A stretch of 64,000 nt of DNA, from positions 62,001-126,000 of the forward strand of contig JASANG010003765.1 of assembly GCA_030248215.1 (NCBI GenBank). The letters run 5' to 3'. Source of the DNA: Enoplolaimus lenunculus. Taxonomy: Eukaryota. The notes below the pieces were generated by a model. The model made no database searches. It had not been told where the DNA came from and worked only from the letters and a program-made list of their open reading frames with translations. The position numbers and the translations under genes were made by a program. How positions within the stretch are numbered: position 1 is the stretch's first letter; every line of letters starts with the position of its first letter. This document shows positions 37,302 to 49,475 of this stretch, piece after piece.

Positions 37302-40300
37302 TCACGTGTTTGGTTTTTTGGCGTCCGGGTTCATAGTTTGAACACATTTTTGTCGCGGTTTCCACCAAAATTGATGCACAATAAGAATACAAAATAGCGT
37401 CAACAGGGCACTGATCGATGTCATAAGCAGTGCGAATCCAATTTCGCCAAAACAAAATGTTGTTTTTCGTCGTTCTGACGACCGTACAGATTTTGAATTG
37501 CTTGTGAGATCGAACTTATGAGGCTCTGAAATCAATGCAAAGAAAACAATTAGAAACTTCATTTTTGTTCTAAACTTGACTGTAAATTTTATTTTAGCTA
37601 TCAGTGCAGATTAAACTTTGTGCAACAGTTGAATAAAATTAGCATTTAGAAAAATTAATTTCACAGAATTTATTGTAAAAATATAAATATAATAAAACAG
37701 TATCTTTATGTACTCGGTGATAATTTTGGGTTTTAACAGTTACGAATTTATCAATAATCCATAACAGGTATATATCTTAAAGTTCGTTTGTCTGAATCAC
37801 AAATTTAAACCTAGAAAATCACCGTTGGCTTGAACTGTCATCGTGTCTTAACAGAATTTGTGGGCTCTCTAGCTCACGAGTCGAGCCCGTAGCCAAGGGA
37901 GAGCCAGGGGGTGGGCTTAACCCCTGGAAAAATTTTGCCCCCCCTAGAAAATTTCAACCTTTCTTGTAATTCATTGAAAACCCTTGAATGCTCCTCCTGA
38001 AAAATTTTCAGCTCCCCTAACAAAATATAAGCTGTCTACGGGCCAGTCACGAATGCCAGCACTCAGCGTGAATTTTAGTAAGTACTCCTATCTATGCAGT
38101 AGTTATCAGTTCTAATACAATTTTGAGTCTATGATCAACGCACCTTGAGCATGCTTTGCTTCACCAATACGAATCGATTCTGATAGCTCAAATTGTTCTT
38201 GAGATGAATCATTTGACGCAGTTTGAGGGCGCGGCTGAGTGTTACTTGGAGTTGTTATATTGCTGATTGTGCCAAGTTGTCTTCTCTTCCGAACGTTAGG
38301 AAAGCTGGGACACGGCGGCTGAAACAACACTGGCTCTTTACCGTTAAGTGAGCCCTTCTTCCTCACGGAAATTTGAATTCTCAATAAAATTAGATTTTTC
38401 GGTTACGAGGTCCCTTCTTTTCAGGACAGAAAACGTTTTGTTAATAACTTAAACGCAGGTTAAGGGACCTGAATTAGGTGGAATCAAACTTCTTACGATT
38501 AAACCAGCGGTTCTAAATTATATTTAAATAACTGATGTGGTACGCTGCTAACGATTTGAATTGGCGCCCAGGTATTTGATTATAACTTTTGAATCGTTTG
38601 TGTGGGGACAATACACGTAACAACATACGATTCCGCATTGCAAGTTGCGTTAATTAATATGAAAATATTTTGTTTTTCGAAGAAAAATTTACTCGGTCTC
38701 AACGATAGTCTTTGAACCGAAAAACAACGCAGAAAAAATGCTAGCGGTTTTGCGAACTTTACTAAAAAACAACGCGTCACTGACACGTTGCCAAATCTTA
38801 GGTGATACTGACACGTGAGGTTATAACCCGCGTTAACCGCACGTCATACGTCTAAGTCTGCTTTGTCTTGCACTCGTATGTTGCCGTCGTGATAACTAGA
38901 CAGAATGACATACTCCTTAAGATTTTCGATTTGACTGTTGAAAATATATTTATATATATTTAGTAATCTGTTTATGTTACAAGTATCCAAGAAACTTTAA
39001 TATCTCAGTTTTTAGCTTTAATAACCTTTAGGCGAGTTTATGGTTAAGGAGTTAAAACCATACCGGGAACGTGCAGTCAGTGCAGGTATCAACTGAACAA
39101 GTAAAATAAACATCTTCGGACGTTGGGAACTTGAAAGCCTTTAACACTGTAAAGTACAGGATTTGATCAGATTTAACTCGTTTACGAAGCTGTTTGCCAA
39201 CACTTGGACGCGCTGAGCAACTAAAATAAATGATTACTAGTAAACATAGTTGCATACATTTGCAATTTCGCAATGATCTTGGCATATGTTCAACATGTTT
39301 GCCATAAAGCTAAGTTTCCGTTTTGTATACACATAGAATTGCGTTATATCATTTATTAATGTCTATATGAATATTTCTTTTATGCTGGAAGGGTGCTTAA
39401 AATACGTATGCGGGGCGTTGTAGCTTTAATATTATAGATGTTGAATATAACTTGCGCGGTGAACAATATTTTGCAAACACGTAACATTTCGCTTGGACCG
39501 TAGATACACCAAAAATAATTTTCAGTTTAACATTCGTTTAAATCATTAAACAGTAATAGTCTGAAGGCTGTTTACAGTTTACCGCTTAGACTGAACAATG
39601 AGCAACTAATTATCCCAAATTATGCACCTGCAGCCAATGGCACAATACGCAGTGTTTAAGTAATACTCGGAGGTCAACGAAACTTGCCGGAGCCGGATGT
39701 GAAGCAAGAGATGACGCGAAATTAGGCAGTAAAATAATAATTAGCTAATTTTAGCCAATATCTGCAATATGTTGTTAAGTTGTTTGGTTTTACGCTTATT
39801 TTCTGCGAAATTTCGGCGGCAATTCTTTCCTAAAAATTGTGTCAAAAATGAAACAAAACGCGCTAAACAGATAAAGTTTGCGAAATTATGCAAAATTTTA
39901 CTACCCGAAATCGCCGGAACGCCGGAAAAAATTCTAACGGAGGCAAAGCCGGAGCCGAAGGTCGATTTTCTGTAAAAGCCGGAGCCGGAGACAGACATCC
40001 GGTTGTACTCTGCCTACTGGCTCAAGGGACAAAATCCAACAGCTGAGGTTTTAGATGGTAGAAGTAAATGGCTTCTCGCTTACTTAATTAAGCAAAAAAA
40101 TTAACTATGCGTACAGCTACTGAGGTTAAAAATAAACTATTGTTGACGATCGGTCTAAAACAAACGACGTTACCCGTTAGCATCGATTATTTGCACGCGA
40201 GTTTGACCCCCGCCATCTGCAGCGTAACAAGTGTGCACTTGCATATCAGTTCCTCTTCCTTAAATTATTATTTAAATCCGTTATGACTACACGCATAAAA

Positions 40301-43300
40301 AAGTTACAAACAATAAGTAGGGTTTCCAAATATTCTTAAAAACGGTTATTCGGGTATGAAATAACTTAGTTGCGAATCAAAAACAATTTTGCCAATTCTT
40401 CGGTACAACCTAGACAGCTTTTTATTTTTTCAACAAACAAAACCACAATAGGAACAAAAACTTGTTTGCTTTACGTAGACAATGTAAATTTTGGACAATG
40501 AATAGAACAGGGCCGTAACAGTAGTATAAGCATTTTCGTTAGCCTAAAGTCTGAGCGTATAAAATCTAAGACCCATAGAAAAACGTTCCGCCCGTGATGT
40601 TTACATTGGAATTAACTGTTAACTTAAAATTTAGTAATTTAACCAACGAATACTGTGATAAGAAACAACTACCAGACCTATATTTTGCAAGCTTTCTATT
40701 CAGTCGTTAAACTCTGAATGCAGCTTGTCAAAGAGGGAAACTACAGATTTTATCAAGAAACATTTGAAACCCTGTACAATGCAAGTTCTGTGTGCAATTT
40801 GCAACTGCAGATTCTTGCAGCAAAAACTTGCACGTGTAAATAGGGCTTAAGATTATTTCGAACCTGATACAATCTTAGGACATATCTGCACTGTGTTGTT
40901 AAGCTGTTTGATTTTACGCCTATTTTTCCTCAAAATTGTACCAAACGTTAAAACAAAACGCGCCAAACAGATAAATTTTGAGAAACTTTGCGAAATTTTA
41001 CAATCGATATTGGCGGAACCTCCGACAAAAATTCTACCGGAGCCAGAGGTGGATTTTCAGCCGAACCAGGAACGGGAGGTAGATCTCTGGTTGTACCCTG
41101 ACGTTTATGGACAGGATCGTATACAGGGGAATACAAAGGATATATCCCTCCTCTAAATTCCAAAGAACAGAAAAAAGTAGTTTAACCTCTTTTAGAAACC
41201 AGATCCAAGTTATTTACTCCCGAAATAAAATGCTGGCTACGCCTCTGTTTGTAGCAACAAAAATTACCTATCGTATTGAATTTTCCTCCAACTACTAAGC
41301 TGATTGTGTCGCCAAGTTGAAGCGTCCGTGAAACCGGCGGATTATTTGGTCCAATTCCGTCTTGAATTTGCATATAAACGCGAGGTTCTGGAATGAATCC
41401 ATCCAGTGCTCCGTCTGCGATTAATTGATTTGCTTCTACTGTTCTGAAAATACAATTAATAGTTAATCTAAAATCTAAAACAAAGCAATGTTTGCCGCAA
41501 TACAAGAGTCACCATATGTTATATACGTCATTCGCTGGTAACGTGGCTCACTTTGAAAGGCGTGCCGTTTTTTCATTGGACAATAATAGGGTAAGGTTTG
41601 GTATCTTTAGACTGATTTTTGGCTTAGGCATTGGCTTTGGCTAGGCTTAAAGATATGCTAATCATTAAGCAGAGGCTCTGGCTTCAACGCTTTAGAATTT
41701 GCTTATGCCGCTTTTATGCCCCTCAAGGCAAGTTTGCTCTCGAACCAGTTTGCGCTCTTAAAACAACAAAGTATATGCTAGTGTTGGAAGCAAGAGTTTC
41801 AAATCACCAAGAAGCATCCTTCTCTAGCAGTAGTCCTTTTGATCCACCCGTGGTCCGGCTATTACGGAATTGAAAATTTAGCAAAAAATACAATTTTCAA
41901 AATATAACATAAAATAAAGTTGACTCCATACAACGTAAGTTAGCCAGGTCTGATCATGTGTGCTTAAACGTTGGAGAAAACGTCGCCGTATGCGGTTGTT
42001 TAAGATAAGTGATCCCCAAACCAACGAAAAGTCACATTTATTGCAATCATGCGGTTGTAAATCGAAGGATGAATTAATGTGTAATTTTGTTGTGTTACTT
42101 TTCTGTATATAAAAAGATTTCATACAAATTAAAATTTTACTGATAACTCAAGGTTTTATTGCCATTTAATGCTTTCCATTATTGCAAATGATTTTAAATT
42201 TGATATTTCAAGGTTTTTGCTAAATTTTTAGTTTCCATACGGCTGAAATTCAACAAAGAAGTCAAAAACTTAGGAAAGCTTCAATAGCTATCTAGAAATA
42301 ATTGCTACGCTCAAAAGACGTATATTATAGGCACAATTACTCGTTCGGCATTAAATAGAACTAAAATTAGTAAAAAAAACTTTTAAGCAATAATCAACTA
42401 CTTTAATGGTTCATTACTGTTCCGGAAATAATATAAATATACCGCGAAAAAACAAATAATCAGTGAAAAACATATCCGAAGATGTAAATATCTGACTCAC
42501 TGGCGGATCCAAATTAGGGCCACCCCGGATCAAACCCTTCAACGGAGATCAAAAAACAAGATTTTGTATTAAGGTGTAGCACTAAAATAATGCTTGGCTT
42601 CTCGCTTGCTCCGCTCGCGAATTTTTTTTTCACTATTACATCTCGCGTGTTTCGATTCAAATTTTTTGGATCTGCCATTGTTCGTAAGTACTTACTGAAC
42701 AATTATTGTTTGTTCTGGACTAACAGTTCCACTGAAGTTTGGTCCAATCACAAAACCGCCATCGTTTTCAGTGAGCGTATGCCGGACGCCTGTGCCAAAC
42801 GGGTTTCGGTTTCCACCAACACGATTCCTTGAAATTAAATCTCCTTCATAAATGGGTGGTCGATTTTGTATCCGGTTTGGAGCATCTGGCGAACTGGTGC
42901 CTGCACTCGACGGCGTTGCTGGATGAAACCGACTACCGCCACTGAACGAAGATCCTTGAAATCCGGCGGATCCACCAGCAAAATTTGAATCCGGAAACGC
43001 AATGCCAGGTCCGGTATTTTCACAAACGAACAAATACCGTTGATCGTCGCTTGTTTGTGTTTCTTTATCGAATTGAACGTAAATTTCGTTTTCAATGATT
43101 TGAATCACCTGAAATAATAATAATTTGATTGGGAAGAAATTGTGCTGTGCATCCGAAGCATAATACTATCGAATTTGACGGTTACCTTAGGACTTGCAAA
43201 TTTCAACTATATTTCTCAATTCTTGAAAAAATTGTGACACACAGGGACAGCGGAGCGTTTACAAAAATAGGGGCTCTAAAGCATTTCAATATTACAAAAT

Positions 43301-45658
43301 ATACACTGCACATGAGATCGACGGAAAATACATCAATTAACAAATGCTCAATTATGCAACTTCCACAATATCATGCGTACACTAGGTATCTTTCAGGGGT
43401 GTGATGGGCACAAAAGCTTTTTAGTTTCAGTGTCCAACGTACTGATGCTTTTTTAACTTCAGTTTGCTGGCTACTAAAGTCAAAACGCTATAGTATGCTA
43501 AATACAGAGGCCAAAAAGCTTCAGTATTCATCACACTTCCCCCTCAAAAGTCACCAGAAGTACGCATGATATTGTGGAAGTTGCATTATCTTTTCGAGTA
43601 CGCGTTCTTTTGCACTGTTAAAGTTTCATTTTTATGCAACTATAACTAGCGTTAATACTTACGTTCCGTTGATCCTTCGTAATTCGTGTTCCGCATTTAT
43701 AATTTGGCACCGTAAACAGCACCATATTTAAGTCGAACGAGTTGTAGTAAACACAATCGTGTGTTGTTGGATACCGCTCCGAGTAAATTTTTCCATGAAA
43801 TGGTCCATCGAACATTAATTGAGCTGTAATGCCTTGTATTGAACACATCGCTTGGACTTCTGAAACCTTAGTATAGTTTGCAACGCTGTCGTTTCAATTT
43901 GTAAACTGCTATGTGAACACAAATTGTTGGCTGTTGTAGACTTTGTGAAACTTTTAAGGTTAACGGCTTAGGCTCGGCCAAAGGCTTAATTGGCAAAAGT
44001 AAGCAGTTTCTTATTCCTAAACCTGAGCCTAACTTTAGCTTAATAAGGCGGATCCAGAAATTTCTGACGGGGTGCGGGCTGGCAAATGTTACGAAACGCG
44101 TTTTTTACTATATGCTGTAACCTTATCACCAAAAAATATTCCGGGGGGTATTGTAAGGCAGGGACCTTATCATTTTTTCACACAAAAATTTCTGTGGGTG
44201 AAAATTGTAAGGCAGGGACGTTAACATTTTAGCAAAAAAAATTCTCACGGGGCATACGCCTTCCCCCCGCCCCCTCCCTCTGGATCCGCTAGTGAATGTG
44301 GGAGTTGTGTACAATGACCAATTTTGGCACTGCAGTGGAGCTTTTACAATTTTAACACTTTTAATGCATGGGCAATTTTATGCCAACATAGTAACTTTAT
44401 AGATAGTAACTGAAAGTTTGTTCATAACTAATTGAAGCATTGTATAACGCAAAATCTCAGTGTTTAAAATTAATACATCAAATTTTAAATTTAAACTAAT
44501 GAGTTTCGAGATTTAGTGGCTTTACCCTCTTTGTGAATACCAAATACTCATTCGTGTTTTATTGTTTCACATTGGTAATTCAGTTGTTCAACGTGTAGAC
44601 GAACCTGTATAGCGCTACAAAACTTACCTAAAACTTTTGGGGTCGGCCTTAAATTTTGTAGCGAACTTTGAGCAATTGCAGGAGTAGTTAATTCGGCTAA
44701 AGCATAGACCTGAAACTTTACATACTGTGCAAGTGAATATACTGGATCAAGAACCGTGTGCGTTGCCTTAAAATTTTACCACTGCATAACGTGGCAAACG
44801 CGGTGTGTACTTCCGTTGAAATGTCAAAATTAAAATTTTTTTCATAGCTTTGCTTTATGAGTTTACTCCAAGCATTGACCAGTATCTTAAACTATGGTAC
44901 AGCCATACTTCAATGCTGTGGGTATTACAGTGGTGTCGAAATAGACTTTCCAACGTTTTCCTATGCAACGTTCACAATAACTTTCTAACTGAGTACAACA
45001 AATGACATATGGCAACTACTTGAGAATACGTTATATGCGTTATTATATGTAAGCTGTAATTATGACTATCTTATAGTAATTTTTGAAACAAGGTAGTTAA
45101 GACAACAAATAAAGGTTCAAAACCAAGGGTCCAGGTCCTTGCGGTGCTGGATTACTGCGATGACCATTTCTACCTACTGGCCATTCAATTTACGTTACAT
45201 TTCGAAAACGTATATATGTAATATATATGTATATGTATATAACATATATGTATATATAATAACATATATATGTGTATATATATGCCATTTTGTAAATCGG
45301 GGAACATTTCTTGTCCTCGAAATAGACTTGTTAACAGCGATCATCGCAAGCCCGTAGCCAGTTCGCCTTCTTAGGGGAAAGCTAAACATTTTTCATGAGA
45401 CGCATACAAGGGTTTTTGGTCAATTACAAGCAAGGCTGAAAATTTTCTAGTGGGCAAAATTGTTCCAAAGGGGTTGAGCCACCCCCTACTTTCCGCGCTT
45501 TCCGGCTAATAGCCCGGATCATCGCCACAAGACTCGTTCTTGATCGAGCAAAAATTCGAACTTGGACTTAAAACTTAAAAGTAATCATGGCATAGTAAAC
45601 GCAAACTTACCAACATAATCACACCCGCTAGCCTATATAGGCTTCGAATGTCAGCCAT
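37302..45658 (-). CDS. ZP-domain (cuticlin/dusky-like) type-I membrane protein, 518 aa, 9 exons
   Basis: Exons 45658-45611, 44709-44628, 43859-43663, 43108-42696, 41443-41268, 40258-40174, 39220-39064, 38318-38144, 37525-37302, all in phase (1557 nt). Signal peptide; ZP-N (CSIQGITAQLMFDGPFHGKIYS...CGT); ZP-C (VYMQIQDGIGP...LGDTISLVV, IIDANGC, AFKFPTSEDVYFTCSVDTC); RKRR furin site; TM helix; short cytoplasmic tail. Confidence 0.92.
37882..38046. mobile_element. hAT-type MITE (GCCCGTAGCC family)
   Basis: Ends CGAGCCCGTAG / CTACGGGCCAG; 8-bp TSD TCACGAGT/TCACGAAT. Confidence 0.7.
43355..43585. mobile_element. PIF/Harbinger (Tourist-like) MITE
   Basis: Perfect 26-bp TIR TGCAACTTCCACAATATCATGCGTAC; TTA on both sides. 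Confidence 0.85.
45347..45516. mobile_element. hAT-type MITE (GCCCGTAGCC family)
   Basis: Perfect 8-bp TSD GATCATCG at 45339-45346 and 45517-45524; starts CAAGCCCGTAGCCAG. Confidence 0.75.
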
Positions 45659-48600
45659 GTTCGCCCATTGGAATGTTAGTAGCAAAGAATCAGAGCGGGG
45701 GCCACGTATGTCATGCCTAACGTTTACGGCGACGCTAGACTTCATACGCATGCGAGTGTATACTACGGAACGGTGACAATTTCCATATATCAAACAGTTT
45801 CAAAACGTATTGTGAAGCTTGTCAAACGATCAAACGACATTTTATCGATGATTGACGTAGAAGTTTTAATTTAAAAGTTTGTTTTAATATACTTAATTAT
45901 TGAAAAATAAAATAAACTGGAAGTTGTTGCGGGCCCGCCGCATCCAGACGGGCGCAGTGAGGACTCCGCAATCCCTGTAAAAATTTTGCCTCCCCCAGAA
46001 ATTTTGCAACCTTGCTTGTAAGTCATCGAAAATTCTTCTACGCCCCTCCTGAAATTATTTTAGCCCCTCCCTAGCAAGATGAGCTGGCTACCGGCATGAG
46101 TTTCTTAGTGGCTGGAGACTAGTACTACGGCCTAGCAACTAAGCATTGTTAACAGATCGGGTTTGAAGGTTGCCAGAAGGGAGCAAGAAAAATTTTCCTA
46201 ACATATAATTTTTCAAATATAGTTACGAAACGTAAACTAAAAACCAAGTATGATATGGCACAAATTAAAAATTTCGGGATAGTCTGAATTCAACTATGAA
46301 TGAAGATTTATGCTGTTTAGTTTTCAATGCAACATCATACAGTTAAGTTTGAATTTTTCTGTTGCGCGCATATCTCCACCTTTAGTTTTAATAACCTTAA
46401 GCGAATAATGAACCGAATGGAAACGTCTAATTGAATCTGGAAAGTTATGGCTATAATTGCTATCTTACAGTTTTACTACGGAACTCGTGTTACAGAACAT
46501 TGGTAAGCCTGGTACTAAACTTTATTTTAAAATTTTTTTGACTAGTTTTATTGCAATTTTGAACTGATAGAAAAATGTCAATTTAGCTGTCTACATTCAT
46601 AATCTTTGTCACATTTCAAACTGTCCATGATAGCTTTGTTTTATACATTTAAATCAGAAAAGCCCTCACACCCAAGGGACCCTGACAAAACTGAAAGAAA
46701 CTCAATTTTCGCCGCAAAAATTGATTAAAAACCTACATCAGTAAACTCAAAATCGTTAGTGAAACTCAGAATTGTAATGAGCTAAATAAATACGCTTTTA
46801 GTAAAGCGTAACAACCGAACAGCTTAAAAGCCGCTGTCTTGCTAATTACTGTAGTTTACTCGCAATTGCGCTGAAATTATTTCATTAAAATTTGAACATT
46901 TTGTTTCTCTTAAATTTGTATGATATTGTATGTCGCCTCAGAAAAAAGACACCAATTTCATCGAAAACAGTTTTGTTTTTCTAATCAAAATTTTTGAACG
47001 CTCAAAATTTGCCACCACCTGTTCGTTTCAAAGATGAACGCAATTTCACACTTGAAAAAACAGTAAGAACTCACAATTCGAACACATAAACCCGAAACCT
47101 CACAATGTCACTTTGAATTATCGTTAAAGAAATTCTGCAGTAATATGGAAATTAATATAGAAACGACGACAACAGCTCGCCACAAAACGCTTAAAATTTA
47201 AGTATAAACACGGACGCTGTCAAAATATTTGGTTTGTGGTTAACAACTAAGGCTTTTGAGCTAAGCGTATAATATATATGTGACAGTGTGACACTGTTAA
47301 GGAACATTCTTACTCTATGTACCTAGGTACATACCTACGTAAACATATAGTTCAGGAACCCTGGATCGGCGTGCCCTCTTACGCATATCAACCGACGCCA
47401 ATTCGTACAAGGCTAAAATAGTAATATATATAAATGTCATTGCAAAATATGAGGAATTTTACTAAAAAATACTTTCTTCATATCAAGGAATCGATGATTA
47501 TGTAAATGTAAAAGTGTCAAGTTATTACTTTAGAGTGCATTCAACTGCATACGCCTATAACGCGTGTATTTTCAAAGATTGTGCAATATGAAAGCGATGT
47601 GTTTGTGTAAATTTCAGTATCGCAGTATACCGTATCGCTTGTGTGCGCTACAAAATTTCAAGTATTTCAGAAGGCCGGAACGAATTAGTGGTATCAATAT
47701 ATATGAAACGTCTTTGTGCAGGGAAGTGACGTATCCAGAATATCCTGAGGGTGGAGGCCGTGCGATATAGAGTAGTGAAAAAGGCTCACGATCGAAGGCT
47801 GCGAGAGAAGCCAAACGCAATTTTAGTACTAATATTTAACACAAATTTTGGTTTTGATCACTGTTGTGGAGGTAAACACGCCTGCTCCGACAATGCTGTT
47901 GGGGGTATAATGCACTAGACCGCATGAAAGGTAAACTACAGCGCAGTTCCGTCTTAAAACCCAATCACAAACAGCGTCAAACGAACTTTACTGCGTCATA
48001 ACAAATTTTGCCTAAAACGCTTTGATATAGACTTGTCGTGGCAAATCCAGTGGTGTATTTAGGAAGCTCAAAGTCCTAGCGGTTTCTACCTCCGCTCGCT
48101 TCTCGGTCGACGACAAACCGGCTGTCTCACGCAACTGTGAACTTAGAAATTATTACAACTTCGCTGATTTCGGAGCAAATTACACATTTTGTTTTACAAT
48201 TATTTGAGTTTCCGTATTTTGATAATCGTGAATTCGCCCGTTATGTGTAACGTTCGACCAGCTGAAACATAGAGAATGATTTCGGACAGAATTCAGAGAT
48301 GCGAAATAAATATTACAAACTGTTTGTTAAAACAGTAACAAATTTTAAGACGTGACACTTGTTCAGCTACAAAAAAACAAAATATATGCTAAAAAGTGTG
48401 ATTACCAATTATTCGAATATGAATTTCGCTCGCACCCGATAAGTTTAATTGAACAGTATTCATGAGTATATCACAGTATTTACGCAAATGCGTGGCCAAA
48501 CGAGGGTTAGTTTCAGTGTCAACGCCTCGCTTTGCTATTTTTGTTCATGGATTTGTAGACACGGCATCAATTTGGACCACAAGAAACCCCACCTGGAGGT

Positions 48601-49153
48601 TTTAACAACGTAATTCCACTACCATGCTCATCGCTACGCTCATATATTCCGTTGTTTTGTGCTATCGCAGTAATGTTTCCATCAAGCCAGACGAGTTCAA
48701 GACTTCAGTAGTAACTATACAATTACTGTCAGCGGCAAATTTATGATTTTCCGGGAAGTGAAGGATGCTTTTTGTGTGTCAAAATTTAGAACTTTTGAAG
48801 CGCGTTTTAGCGAATTTTTCTACTAAATTTGCCAATTTCACCGAAGGCGCAAGTATTTTTCTTAAAATTAATATCCTTTTTAAAAGAATTTTTTTTAAAT
48901 CTTCTTATTTTTCTTCCTTGCCCAAAAAATTTAAATTATTTTTGAAATATTCCGGTTTAACTGAGCAAATTTGGCTCATATTTGGCTAAACTTCATATGA
49001 ATTAATATTTGAATCATTAAATTTTCAGCACGACATGGCCGGTGGAAAGATACATCCTCAATCTACCCTTGGATATGCCACTCTGTTTACAACAAAACTG
49101 ATCAAGTATATTTAATTTACAAAGTACTTTACCTAAACAGTTTTTATGTATTA

Positions 49154-49475
49154 AGCCCCATTTACGCGTGCACGTTTTTGCAGCGAGAACTCGCAGCTGC
49201 AGCTTGCACGAAATACTTGTAGCTGCAACTTGCACGAAATACTTACAGCTGCAAGTATTTTCAAAGAAACATTCCGATTGACCGATCGAACTGCAGGTGC
49301 AAAAAATTCAAGTGACTTGCAACTACGTTCACAAGTGCGAATCAAATAAAATAGCATAAATTACAGCAAATAATTTACAGCTGCAAGAACTTCCACCTGC
49401 TTTGTGACAAAACTTGCGCGTGCAAGTGGCACGTTCAAGTTTTTGCTGCAAAAATTTGCACGTGTGAATAGGGCT
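49154..49475. mobile_element. PIF/Harbinger (Tourist-like) MITE
   Basis: TIR AGCCCCATTTACGCGTGCA / TGCACGTGTGAATAGGGCT; TTA TSD; internal ACTTGCA/TGCAAGT repeats; fragment at ~40780-40850. Confidence 0.8.

Noticed and set aside
47564..47820. Possible THAP or transposase fragment (RLCALQNFKYF)
   Set aside because: Lacks the conserved His and AVP motifs; no supporting exons.
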